Source: Octopus vulgaris
Lineage: Eukaryota
Assembly: GCA_951406725.2 (NCBI GenBank)
Contig: OX597824.1
Coordinates: 78,740,001-78,804,000 of the forward strand
Direction of reading: 5' to 3'
DNA length: 64,000 nt
The position numbers and the translations under genes are program-made. Below the pieces are notes generated by a model that was not told the DNA's origin, made no database searches, and worked only from the letters and a program-made list of their open reading frames with translations. Positions 11,527 to 25,044 of the stretch are shown here, piece by piece; within the stretch, counting starts at the first letter, position 1, and every line of letters begins with the position of its first letter.

Positions 11527-13391
11527 CATCATCATCATCATCGTTTAACGTCCGCTTTCCGCGCTAGCACGGGTTGGACGGTTCGACCGGGTCTGGGAAG
11601 CCAGGGGCCGCTCCAGGCTCCAGTCTGAATCTGGCAGAGTTTCTACGGCTGGATGCCCTTCCTAACGCCAACCACTCCGTGAGTGGATTGGGTGCTTTTT
11701 ACGTGCCACCTGCACAGGGGGCCGGAGGGTCCGGCATCGTCACGATCGGTTCGAGCATTTTAACGTGTCAGCGGCACGGGGGCAACGAGGTCCGGGGTAC
11801 TTTGGGGATCGGGGTACTTTGGGGATCCAGGGTACTTTGGGGATCCGGGGTACTTAGAATGGGTAGGGGGTATGTGGAATTGCTGCAGAAAGCAGCCCGG
11901 GTCTTTGTAGTCACAGCATATCTCCAGAGATCTCGGTCCTTCGCCATTGCCTCAGTGAGGCCCAATGCTCTGAGGTCATGCTTGACCACCTCATCCCATG
12001 TCTTCCTGGGTCTACCTCTCCCCCTGATACCTTCAACTGTTTGGGAGTGGCACTTCTTCACACATCTCTCTTCATCCATCCGCAGCACATGACCATACCA
12101 TCGCAAGCGTCGCTCTTGCACACCACATCTGATGCTTCTTATATCCAGCATTTCTCTCAGGATACTTACACTCTGTTTTGCGTGCACACTGACACTACAC
12201 ATCCAGCGGATCATGCTAGCTTCATTTCTTTCAAGTCTACGCATGTCTTCTGCAGTCACAGCCCATGTTTCATTACCGTGAAGCATGGCAGTTCGCACAC
12301 ATGCATCATACAATCTACCTTTTGCTCTGAGGGAGAGACCTTTTGTTGCCAGTAGGGGTAGGAGCTTTCTGAACTTTGCCCAGGCTATTCGTATTCTAGT
12401 GGTGATACTCTCTGTGCATCCACCTCCGCTACTAACTTGGTCACCCAGGTAGCGGAAACTATCAACTACTTCTAGTTTCTCTCCCTGGAGTGTGATGGAA
12501 TCTGTTTTCTGAGTGTCTGTTGTGTCTATTGTCCCTGTGCATCTGCCGCACATGAAAGCTATCTTATCTGTTAATTTCCCTTTAATGTTGCTGCACCTCT
12601 TATGTGTCCATAACTTACATTGGGTGCATCTTATGGAGTTTCTACCTGTACCTTTCCTACAGGTTGAGCAGGGCCACCTACCCGAGGGGATGTGTGCTGA
12701 GTACCTCTTGCTGCTTACTAATACTTTGGTCTTTGCTACATTTATTCTAAGGCCCTTTGATTCCAACCCTTGCTTCCACACCCGAAATTTCTCTTCTAGT
12801 TCCGGTAGTGATTCTGCTATGAGAGCTAGGTCATCGGCATAGAGGAGCTCCCAGGGGCATCCGTTTTGAATTCCTCTGTTATTGCCTGAAGGACTATGAT
12901 GAATAAAAGGGGACTGAGGGCTGAGCCCTGGTGCACACCTACTTCTACCCGGAATTCTTCACTATATTCGTTGCCAATCCTAACCTTGCTGACAGCCTCT
13001 CTGTATAGAGCCTGTACAGCCCTTATTAGCCATTCTTCAATCTCCAGTTTCCGCATCGACCACCAGATAAGGGAACGGGGAACCCTGTCAAAGGCTTTCT
13101 CCAAGTCTACAAAAGCTATGTAGAGGGGTTTATCTTTAGCTAGGTACTTCTCCTGCAGTTGTCGGACCAGGAATATAGCATCAGTGGTGCTTCTACCTGG
13201 TACAAAACCGAACTGCATTTCATCTATACAGACCTTCATCACCTGGTCCAACAGTTTGATACCTCTGTAGTTATTTCTATCTAGAGCATCACCCTTACCC
13301 TTGTAGCAGTTGACTATGGTACTGCTGCACCAGTCATTGGGTATGACTCCATTGTGAACTACCTGGTTTACAATGCGGGTGACTATGGCAT
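11527..13391 (-). mobile_element. RTE-clade LINE, 5'-truncated: RT with frameshift, C-terminal region, 3' UTR and (GAT)n tail
   Basis: Motifs NYRGIKLL, QFGFVPGRSTTDAIF, FVDLEKAFDRVPR, GVHQGSALSPLLF, YADD (about 12830-12842), FRYLG, RLRWYGHV, RGRGRPRKTW; 1-nt frameshift near 12860. Confidence 0.93.
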
Positions 13392-13392
13392 G

Positions 13393-13430
<38 letters not shown>

Positions 13431-13559
13431 TAGATAAAGTGATAGGCCAGGGAGACAATGTTAAAAATATTTTCATGCACACCTTTCTCTTATTGTCTCT
13501 TATCTACAAAGGAGCTGTCTATTCGGGTGAGCTGGTAGCTAGCTGGGTGGCACATGTTA

Positions 13560-14800
13560 GGCAGGCTCAAAAGTAAGAAGCATGTCAGTGTTCTACAGCA
13601 TCATTTAGCATGAGTTGTCCTGTATTGCATAATGGCTGTCTCCAAAGAGCCTCTTTCTTTTCACTAGTAGTAAAATGTGTGCAGATGGATAGAGGTAGAT
13701 CCATGCGAAGACATGGGATGAGGTTCTCTCCTATAACACTTCGAACGCTAGGCCTGACACACTGTCTGGCAATCCGAAATACTTCAGCTCTTTGATCCTC
13801 TGGAGATAGCTGTGACTGCGAAGACTTCTTCCGCTACAAATGAAGTGAGTTCATGGCTCGCAGGACCAGCCTGCTGTGCTTTTTGGCTATCGTAGGGTGA
13901 CCTGCTGTGCTTGAGGCTGACCGTATTGAGTCACAGTACATCTACTGCATCAAAATAAAAATCACCAATGGAAATTGTAGGTCTGTGAAGACTTTGCACC
14001 ATCCACCGGTGGCACGTAAAGCATCATCCGAACGTAGCTGATGCCAGCACTGCCTTGACTAGCATCCGTACCTGTGGCACATAAAAAGCACCAACCAATT
14101 TCTGTGGATGTTGCAGCCTCCCCTGGCCCCTGTGCTGGTAGCACATAATAAAGCACCCACTATACTCACAGAGTGGTTGGCATTAGGAAGGGCATCCAGC
14201 TGTATAAACACTGCCAGAACAGACTGGAGTCTAGTGCAGCCTTCCTGGCTTCCCAGACCCCGGTTGAACCGTCCAACCGATGCTAGCATGGAAAACGGAT
14301 GTTAAACGATGATGATGATGATACACTTAGTGATTCTGAAAAGAAAGAGGCATAGTATTATAAAGATTACTACAATGTAGAGAATGTATGAGAAGCCCAA
14401 GAGGGTTTTCCCAACTTAGATACCAAAAGAGTGGCCAGTTATCCTTGCTGGCAGCAGTTATTTCAGATGAAGTAATTAAAAATATGAAGGCTGGGAAAGA
14501 CCATGGCCCAGTCAGGATCACAGCTGAAATGCTTGAAATATTCTGGTTGAAATAGGATATGGCCTAGTCACCCATATAGGTAATTAGGTTCCCGTACAAT
14601 AGAAAGGTTTTAAAATGCCTCATTGACCGATATAATGAACGTTATAGTCTAATTGTTATAAGAGTAAAGGAGATCTGTTAGATAGAAGTAGTTACAGAGA
14701 TAACATTGTTAGACCAAGTCTTAAAAGTTATGGAAAGAAGTCTATAGCTTGATTAATTTGACAGAGAATTAGTCTGTGCCAGATGCAGTTTGGTAAAACT
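13560..14800 (+). mobile_element. Degraded or noisy RTE LINE fragments: a 3' end with tail, then an RT-upstream piece
   Basis: Similar to the 4696 copy but with many indels; IKNMKAGK..GP..ITAEML-like motif near 14475. Confidence 0.6.
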
Positions 14801-17800
14801 TTTGAAAAAGAAAGAAATTTCGGTGGGTCGCATATTTCAAAATTTTTTAACATTTTCCTTAGCAATTTTCCATTAATAACAGTTAAGAAAAACAGGCTTG
14901 GCAGTACAATTTTTTGTTAATGTGACCTTGTCATAAGGCAATAAACTTCGGCGCAGCCTTCAAACAAAAAGTTTCCCACCTCTTACAATTAAAAAGTATT
15001 TTATAGTTTTTTAATTTATATCAATATATAAAAGTGAAGCTGTGTGTCTGTCTCCTACGATTGATTAGATTCTGGTAACTACTCCTGCACATTTTGCGGT
15101 GCAGTTTAACCAAAAGCGGGTATCTTATAGTTGTGATTCATATCGAGCCCTTCTGGGTATTAGGGCCGCGTCTACGATGAATCTATGATTTTTTAAAAAA
15201 TTTACCATCATTTTTTCGCCCAGATTTTCCGTACCAATGCATTTTTTTGCTATTATATAAGGGAAGTAACTCTCTAAAAATGCTTATATAGTTATTTCCA
15301 GCTTACAAACCCGAGCAATAAGCCTGGGCGATACTGCTAGTCAGAATATAAAGTGTGAAACTATTTTGAAATCTATGTGAAAAATGGCACAGGGATATAA
15401 ATGGTTAAGAATTAGAACTGAAAGGCGTGACATCGATAAAATTATGATCCAAGGTTAAGTATATTGATATGGTTCTGGGTCGACGGCTTGATCAAATAAC
15501 AGGAGGAAATGGACAAAAATATATTTAAATATTTCTATATGATTTTAAACACGGGGAAGACAAACAGGTTACCAATTTGAATTATCACTTTCTGGGATCT
15601 TTTCAGAAACTGGTTGAATGGCAGTACATTTCTAGGTGTCATATGAAATTGTTACACCATAATTATGACCCTAGTATCGATCTATTGTATTTCAATCTGT
15701 TTTAGGGTTACGGGTGGGGGGCAAACAGGGCATCTATTGGTTTTTCTTCTGAAATGTAAATAAACCCAATCTGCTTCTTAAACGAGGGACATATTCATAA
15801 GGCACAGAATGCTTGTGTAATTTTTTACCTCAATGGACGTCATTGATTGGTTGGAAATTGCAGAAATCGAAGATAAACATAAAAAAAAACAACAAATATG
15901 TTACAAACTATAGAATTTTCTCAATAAAGCCATAGAAAAAGATGTTTTATAAACACATTCTACCAGTATATGAAGTTTAACATTTTTTAGTTACATAGAA
16001 AATTATGTTATAAAACTGCCGTTCAAACCGAATATAGATCCCCTTCTCGTATTTATAATTCAATGACACATTTAATAAAAACGGTATATATATATAGTTT
16101 TTTTCAAAAAGCGTGAAAAAGAGAAAAACAGGAAATCCAGAGTTTTAGTTTTTGACAAATTAAATGAAGCAAACAAGAAATTACTTCCCCTTAGATTACG
16201 GATTTTTAAGTTTGATTGAAACTAATTTATATATAGATATATATTATAAATATATAAGTATATATGTCATAAAATATCTCGACTGTTTTTAAAATTTTAT
16301 TGTGAGAGTTCATTTTCAAATTTTTAAAAAATCGACGTGAATGCAAATCGAATTGTTCATGGTGGCAAATCACAGACTTTGCAAGGTAGGACGGGGTAAT
16401 ATAAAAAAACGGAAACATGTAATTCATTTATCCAACACTGCTAACATGTTAATGTCTGTAGCACCCTGGGTCATCGTATTAAAAACCAATTTGCTTTTGT
16501 CCTATGTAAATTATTATAGATTACTAAATTGAATTTTAAAGACGATTGTTGGTTGCTAAATATTACTTTTGAAACAAATGTACAATGTGTGTCCATTCAA
16601 CAAACACCTTCCGTAGTTGCTTCCGCTGGTTGGACTTGTTATCCATACAAGTTATATAAGACTTTCGTCCTTGGTCTGCATTGAAAAAAAAAAACGATAG
16701 AGAAAAAAACAAGTTCTTTGACAAGATCCCGTTTGATCTGACCAATTATTTCGCTGTTTGTTCGCTTTATAGTCGAAGTGCATCAAGGTGTAGTTGCCAG
16801 TTCGTGTAGTTACCACATTCGTCGTGTTGCCGAGATTGCTAAGAGACAAACATGTGCGGTTTTCAATATTCAGGTAGGAGACAAAAAAGTGACCTTAACA
16901 ATGTTTTCTATTTAATATACAGCTTTCTCTGTTTTGATAATTCATTTGATATTCTCAGATTTCTTGTTAAATGTTCCAAGGCTTGCCTTCTTTTTAAAAC
17001 CAATTAAGTTTTTTTTTCTCTACTTCTTTCATCATAGCATGATCGTCCATAGAATATATAATACAGTGACGCACTTACCTGGGTTTTGTTTATAAATATT
17101 TAACTATATAAACTATATTTACTTTTCGAAATTGAGTTAGACCAAAAATAATAATTTCTCTATTCTTATATTTTTGTTTTCTAAACGTCTTCGTACAAAA
17201 ATTCTCATTGTTTAAATATAATAGTTAAAGCTGTTCTAGGGACGCAGTTAGGATTCATTTCTCTTCATATTCAATTTACCTTTCTTTGCACACTAAATTT
17301 ATTTTCTCATTTAGTAAACATTCCGAAATTATTAGTTGTGGGAAAGAAGGGAAGAGAGCATTCATACTCCGGGCAATTAGCGAAACCCGTTTTCTATATC
17401 TCTTGGTTATGGTGAACCCCACATTATTTCACCGTATTTAACTTCACTGAAACGACTTGAAGTTTATAACATTTCCCCTCAAATTTGGCGGGTCCTTTTT
17501 TTGAGCAGTACTTAACCGTATACTTAAAAACCCTGACATTGAATTGTATATATACTAAGACGTTGGAAGATTTTCTGGGACAGTTTTTATTTTTAGTGTC
17601 GCCTTATAAAAGGCAAATGCGATGTGTTCAATCGGTAGCTAATTTCTCTACTCTCTGTATATATATATATATATATATGTTTGTATGATATATATATACA
17701 CGTTTGTGTCTATATATGTGTGTATATATATATGTGTGTGTGTGCGTATAATATACCTGTGTGTAAGCATGCAAATAAAGCACAGGAGCTAACTAAGGGA

Positions 17801-20737
17801 TCCTCTAAATGACCCCTCGACTGACCATGGATAATAAAAATAAATCGGTCAAAATTAAATCACATTGACTGAAACAAATAACCATTTTTTTTAAAGAAAA
17901 GACGGAGATGGAACACCTATGATAATTGAGGCTAATTTGGGGTTATTGCTTCATTAATAAGTACACACAGTAAGGTCATGATGTGACCTCACACCATGTG
18001 CACTTGCATAAACTGACACACTTAAACGGTATATATAGCCCCTCTCTCTCTCTCTCTCTATCTGTCTCTCATTCCCTTATGCAACCTGGATTCCTGTTCC
18101 CTTCTATCGGTTCGTTAACCATTTCAGAATTGGTATTGGTTATCGTTTTAAGCCGAGGGATCGGGACCTTGATTCAACAGCAACATACCTATAAAACAAA
18201 TACATCTGAAAGATCTACATGATTTTTCTAATGTGATTTTCTGTTTTTAAGGCAGCACTCGATGATCATTCCGGGGGGATTTTGTTGTCATTCCTGGATA
18301 TCGATCGAATAACCGTGTAGAGACGCCATCTAAGCAATAACGCACAAACATACAAATCCGTCTCGGTTATGAAATCATAACTCCTTTTGACCCCTATTTT
18401 TGTTTTCTTTTTCCTTCACTGAAAAGTTTTGGACCTAGTAAACAAGTGTTCAAACCGTGGCCTTACCCTTGTCTAGTCCTTTTATAGACACTGTGTATCT
18501 AGGACTACTCTATTCAATGTGTTCTTTCTAATAAGATGATGATTACATCAGGCCCCAATGCTCACATGGTAACTTATTTTACTTGACCCTCAACAACACA
18601 GATGAAAGGCCCAAATTCAGCTACAACGCCTTGGCAGAATTTGAACACAGAACATAATGAGCCAGAGGAAATACTGCAAAGCATATTGTCCAATGCAAAT
18701 AACAGTTTAGCCACCATGCTACCTTCCAGTACCACAATAATAATAACTCATACTAGCATGGAAAGACAGATACAAAAAACTATTGGCTCATCATCATTGT
18801 TCGACCGTGGTCAAGACAATGGAATTTATTATGTTACAGCCAGATTTTTCACGGTCCATCATAGCATTACGGAGGTCCTGTTGCTGGATGCCTGTATCCC
18901 TGGAGATTACATCAGGGTAGGAGAGTGTGCACCCTCTGGTATAGCAAGCAGATGGCTTCCAGAGGGGTTGGAAGTAGAAATTACCTCGTTATCAGCTCTA
19001 CAACAATGTCCAGCAAACTGGACTCTTCTCTACTGCATAAGTTATAGAGATGATACAGGTGGTAATTTCCCATATATTTGTACTGTAAAATGAGTAACCT
19101 ATGATAAACTGGAGGCATAGGATGTTGGCCTGCCCATTTTGCCCCCAAAGTGACATCATTTGAAGGCTTCAAGAATCTGATGAACTTCGTTGTGACCATC
19201 AAGTAGTATACCAAAACCCAACAACCCTGATTAATACAATGTTATACATACACACACACACATATACAGGGTTTCTTTTGGTTTTCCTCTGGCATCAAGA
19301 TAATATATATCACAAAATCCTTTATTTAGTCGGGTTATGGCAGAAAGCCCCTTGTCTTCTAAGATGGCACAGAAGTTAGATTAAAACCTAAAAGCTTCAT
19401 GTGGCTAACAAGCAAACGTCTTAACCTCATGGCTATGTCTGTACCTTGCAAAATACCCCAAAATGAATTCGGGCATAGAAAATATCCAACGCAACTTTTG
19501 GAGCTTTTTCTATAACAGTCAGATATAAAATCATTGAAAGAGTTATAAAAATATATATAGAAATCATCATCATCGTTTATAACGTCCATCCTCCATGCTA
19601 GCATGGGTTGGACGGTTTGACTGGGGATCTGGGAAGCTAGAAGGCTGCACCAGGCTCCGGTCTTATCTGGCAATGTTTCTACAGCTGGATGCCCTTCCTA
19701 ATAAACCACTCCGTAGTGTAGTGGGTGCTTTTTACGTGCCACCTGCACGGAAAAGTCGAGGCGGCACTGGCATCGGCCACGATTCGGACTCTTGTTTTAC
19801 GTGCCACCGACACGGAAGGTGGCGGCGCTGGCATCGGCCACGATTCGGACGGTGCTTTTTACGTGCCACCGACACGGAAGCCAGTCGAGCGGCACTGGCA
19901 TCGGCTCACGATTCGGACGGTGCTTTTTACGTGCCACCGACAAATCGGAAGCCCGAGTCGAGCGAGTCAATCGGCCACGATTCGGATAGTGCTTTCACTT
20001 TCCAAAAGCTTTCAACTCTGTACACTAGCTTAATAGGAGGGTTTTTTTTTGTTTATATGGTGTACTTCACAAAGTAATTGCACTGGTACTAACATTTTTG
20101 AAGAACTGAACACTGTTACCTAATAGATACTGATTTCTTCAACATCTATGCAATGTTATGCTTGTACTATTATCTATTATCTGCCTCGACTACATCCTTC
20201 ACTGCTTCTTATTGACAAAATTAACGACCGCACTTTGTCACATCACTCAATCAGCAACACTAACGGATGCAATTTGTGTTGATGGAACTTTGCTCTCTTC
20301 GTTTTTGCAGACATCATCTCAGAAGCTACATAAACCTTTCTACGTGACATTTGGAAAAAGCACCAGCAGATAGTGGTCTAAATGTTAATGTCTCATTAAG
20401 ACTGAATATGTTTGCTGCAATCTTGCAAAACTCTCTAAGAATTAATGCGAAAATTTATTTCTTATTGTAGACTAAATTCCTGTCAGTAGATTGTGGCTAT
20501 GCTGGAGCATTACTTTGGAAGAGTTAGTCAAACAAATATTCCTGGTACTTATTTTCTATGAGTCTGGTATTGGTCCTTATTGTTCTTATCTTTTGCCAAA
20601 TTGTTAAGTTACAGTGGACATAAACAAACCAATACTGGTTGATCCAAATGAAGTGTAACAAACACAAAGACATACACAGACATGCATATACTATTTTATA
20701 TATACATATAAATATTTGTGAAGAGTCAACAGATGAG

Positions 20738-20784
20738 ATTCTTTGGAATTATCCCAGGCTGCAAAGTGTAAACACGTCATCTTG
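20738..20784 (-). CDS. WDHD1: WDHD1 exon 14, 5' part only (KMTCLHFAAWDNSKE-), broken mid-codon
   Basis: ttgtag| acceptor in the correct phase; homologous to KLHCLHFSSWDSSKEW; similarity stops after the first base of the expected Trp codon, with no donor site. Confidence 0.85.
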
Positions 20785-20967
20785 CTACAAAAAGAAGACC
20801 CAAAATCTAAGAACATTCAAATATGCTTTATTGTAAAATAATAAAAATTAATTAGATGGCAGGCTGGCAAAATTACTAGCACGCCAGACACAATGCTTAA
20901 CAGTGTTTCTTTCAGCTTTAAATTCTGAGTTCAAATTCTCCTGAGGGCAACTTTACCTTTCAGCCTT

Positions 20968-21492
20968 TCATCATCATCATCTTTGTTTAGCATCCGCTTT
21001 CCATGCTAGCATGGGTTGGACGGTTCAGCTGGGGTCTGGGAAGCCAGAAGGCTGCACTAGGCCCAGTCTGATCTGGCAATGTTTCTACGGCTGGATGCCC
21101 TTCCTAATGCCAACCACTCCATGAGTGTAGTGGGTGCTTTTTACGTGCCACCGGCACGGGGGCCAGGCAAGGCTGGCAAACGGCCACGATCGGATGGTGC
21201 TTTTTACATGCCACTAGCACGGGGGCCAGGCGAGGCTGGCAAACGGCCACAATCGGATGGTGCTTTTTACGTGCCACCAGCACGGGGGCCAGGCGAGGCT
21301 GGCAAACGGCCACGATCGGATGGTGCTTTTTACGTGCCACCAGCACGGGGGCCAGGCGAGGCTGGCAAACGGCCACGATCGGATGGTGCTTTTTACATGC
21401 CACCGGCACGGGGGCCAGGCAAGGCTTGCAACGGCCACAATTGGATGGTGCTTTTTACGTGCCACCGGCACGGGGGCCAGGCGAGGCTGGCA
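20968..21492 (-). mobile_element. RTE 3' UTR-derived repeat with about 5.7 tandem 63-bp units
   Basis: Shares its tail with the RTE LINE; unit spacing 63,63,63,63,62. Confidence 0.85.
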
Positions 21493-22243
21493 AAAAATAA
21501 GTAACAGATGAACAATAGACTTAATACTAGCTGGCGCCATGCTGTCAAAAATGATGGCTAATTGTAGTATTTTATATATAAATATGGATGGTAAATCAAA
21601 TTAATACACTTGTCAATGTTATGTAGTGGATGTCTTTTGAGATGTGACATCAATCATTCTTTGTTACTGAAAGAATGCTGCTGTTTCACACATATAAACG
21701 TTCACATACTTCCCTTGTACAAGCACACACATACACACATATACTCACACAGAGTTGAAACGCTGTTTGATTTTTCTTTTCAGCATTGAATGTTAACCAT
21801 TCCATTTTCCATTCCACATGCACACAAACATTCACATACTTCTCTTTAACATACACACACATATACTCACACAGAGTTGAAACACTCCCACTACCAGTTT
21901 GTGAGAGCAGTCAAGTTTATTTCAGATATTCCCATTTTAAAAATCATCTCTGGTTAATCATTGACAAGATGGTGGTGTTGCCTTGGTGGAGGTTAGAGCT
22001 CTCTGAGTGCTCTTGTTTATGATAATACTGGTTTCACATTTTGGCACAAGGCCAGCAATTTGGAGTGGAGTCAATTTCATCGACTCCAGGGCTCAATTGG
22101 TGGTACTTGTTTTACCAACCCCTGGAAGGGTGAAAGGCAAACCTGACATTGGTAGAATTTGAACTCTGAACATGAAAGATGGATGAAATGCCACGAGGCA
22201 GTGTGCCTGGCATGCTAATGATTCCGCTGGCTCACTACCTTAA

Positions 22244-22637
22244 TCTCTATATATATAAAGTTGTCTGTGTATGGCAGGTTTGGTAACCTTCAACTAACAC
22301 TATCTCCTCTGAGATCCTGTGGCGCAAGTTGACCAAAATTGAGAGTATGATAGAAGAAGGCTTGCCCTTCCTTCCGTAGAAGAAAAAATTCAAATCGAAC
22401 CATATTAACACCAAAAATTATTTACATCCAAGAGGTGCTTTTTTTCTACGAAAATCCCTATTTTTTACGATTTTTTGACTGTTGTGTCGCCATTTTTCGG
22501 TGTATTTCAACCAGAAAAATGTTCACTTAAAGAGAATAACAAGCTACATAATGCAAAATTTTTACTTTTCAAAAATTCCAATTCTAAAATTCTAAAAGGT
22601 CGAAACAAACCTGAGCAACGCTGGGCAATACTGCTAG
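22244..22637 (+). mobile_element. Non-autonomous Helitron-like element with a different interior
   Basis: TC...CTAG ends similar to the 43978 element; 3'-truncated copy at 47912-48175. Confidence 0.7.
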
Positions 22638-23283
22638 TTTATGATAATATCAATATTAGTTTCAAATTTAGGCACAAGGCTGACAGTTTGTGGTGATGAG
22701 GGTGTTAGTCAATATCATCAGCCTCAGTACTTCACTGATACTTTATTTCATCTATACTCGGGAGGGATGAGAGGCAAAGGTGACCTCAGGGTGATTTGAA
22801 CTCAGAACACAAAAATGAAGCTGGAAACAAGAAACGCAAAGCATGGTGTCTAACACTCTGATAATGTTATCAATTTGTCACCTATAGGAGCAGGAGTGGC
22901 TGTGTGGTAAGTAGCTTGTTTACCAACCACATGGTTCCGGGTTCAGTCCCACTGCGTGGAACCTTGGGCAAGTGTCTTCTACTATAGCCTCGGGCCGACC
23001 AAAGCCTTGTGAGTGGATTTGGTAGATGGAAACTGAAAGAAGCCTGTCGTATATATGTATATATGCGTGCGTGTCTTTGTGTGTCTGTGTTTGTCCCCCT
23101 AGCATTGCTTGACAACCGATACTGGTGTGTTTATGTCCCCGTTACTTTGCAGTTCGGCAAAAGAGACCGATAGAATAAGTACTGGTCTTACGAAAGAATA
23201 AGTCCCGTGGTCGAGTTGCTCGATTAAAGGCGGTGCTCCAGCATGGCCGCAGTCAAATGACTGAAACAAGTAAAAGAGTATGG

Positions 23284-23325
<42 letters not shown>

Positions 23326-23381
23326 GGGTGGTGACGACAACGACAACGGTGGTGATATTAAGTCTAAACATCTGAACTGAC

Positions 23382-23569
23382 CTGCGGCCAGATTCTTCAT
23401 CATTTGGACTCCCCAAAAGAACACATTCTTTGGAAATATCCGCCATGGTGTAGCCGACATTGTTGTTGAGATGCATCGAATGATGCACTGCGGTGTCATG
23501 GAATTCTATATCAATGGAGTTCTCACCATCTGCATTATACTGCTTCACAATGCCAACCGCGTTCCATTT
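23382..23569 (-). CDS. WDHD1: WDHD1 exon 13 (KWNAVGIVKQYNADGENSIDIEFHDTAVHHSMHL...ESGR-S)
   Basis: ctgcag| and |gtcagt; 188 nt; WNxxG and IDVEFHD SepB motifs. Confidence 0.95.
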
Positions 23570-24883
23570 CTGCAGAATATAATGAAGATGGAAGGTGGGT
23601 GAGATAGGAAAAACTGAGTTGGCGTGGGAGGATTGAGAATTTACATTAATGCAGTACAATGGAATTTTATAATTGGTGAGAGGAAATGATAAAAGATGAT
23701 AGAATAGAAAGAAAAAAGATGCAGAGAATAAAAAGAAATGAAAAAAATAAAAACAAAGGAAAGAAGTAGAAATAATTTTTAAAAAATGAAAAAAAGTAAA
23801 AGATAAAATAAACAAAAAAATTGAGAGAAAATCAGATAAAAACATGGAAGAAAAGTAAAAAAAAAAAATAGAAATAGCTACATTCTTTTATCCTTATCTT
23901 TTATCGTTTATTTGTTTCAGTCACTGGAGTGTGGTCATGCTGGGGCACCACCAGGACAGGTTTCGGTCAAACAGACCATCTCACTGCCTCAGTATTTGTT
24001 TTCAAAGTCTGGTAAATAGTCTACCTGTCTCTCTTGCCGAACTGTTAAGTTTCAGGGATGTAAACAAAACAACACCGGTTGTCAAGTGGTAGGGGTGGAG
24101 ACAAACACAGCAAACACAGAAAGACACACACACATACATACATACAAGTATATACGCGATGGGCTTCCACACAGTTTCCAACTACCAAATTCACTCACAA
24201 GGCATTTGTCAGTCAGCCTGGATCTATAGTAGAAGACACTTGCCCAAGGTGCCACACAGTGGGACTGAACCCAAAATCTCATGACTGCAAAGCAAGCTTA
24301 TTAACCACAAAGTCATGGACTTTTATAAAGCACATGGCCTTAAACATAATGAATAGCCAATTATAATCATCTTCATTTCAGTTCTTAATTGATACTTACC
24401 CAGGTGGGATTTGAACTCAAAACATAATCGGTCATATGTAAAATACAGGGCACTTTGTCTGCGACTCCAGTAATGGTACCACCGATTGCCCTCTTTACAA
24501 TAATAATAATCCTTTCTACTATAAGTACAAGGCCAGCAATTTTTGAATAAGGGGCTAGTCAATTTTATTGACTCAAGTACTCTAAATGGTCCTTATTTTA
24601 TCAACCATGAAAGGATGAATGGCAAAGTTGACCTTGGCGATGTTTGAATTTGGAACGTAAAATTGGACAAAATGCTGCTAAGTATTTTGAACAAGATTGC
24701 TGCCTTCCTGATGATAATAATAATAATAATAATATGTTTGGTGCCTTAATACACCAGTTCCATCAATAAGTTAGGGAATGAAATCATAAGCAGAGTTGGT
24801 AAGTGAGAGTAGATCTAAGGAAAAACAAAAAAATACAAAACGATAAAGATTTTGCTACATAAATATGTATATGTACATGAGTG

Positions 24884-24933
<50 letters not shown>

Positions 24934-24961
24934 CACACACAGATGATGATGATGATGATGA

Positions 24962-24998
<37 letters not shown>

Positions 24999-25044
24999 CA
25001 CACACAGATACATACACATATATGCATGTATGTATATATATATA

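Noticed and set aside
16850-17500. ATGTGCGG..CAG|GTAGG and TTTGGCGGG as signs of another gene start in the noisy block
   Set aside because: Too short and unsupported; no identifiable protein and doubtful sequence quality
18981-19226. Minus-strand ORF containing ..AGQH..VYHR, superficially like the missing WDHD1 MAGH..VYHRG segment
   Set aside because: Spacing and the remaining residues do not fit and the block is noisy; treated as chance, though a tblastn check is worthwhile
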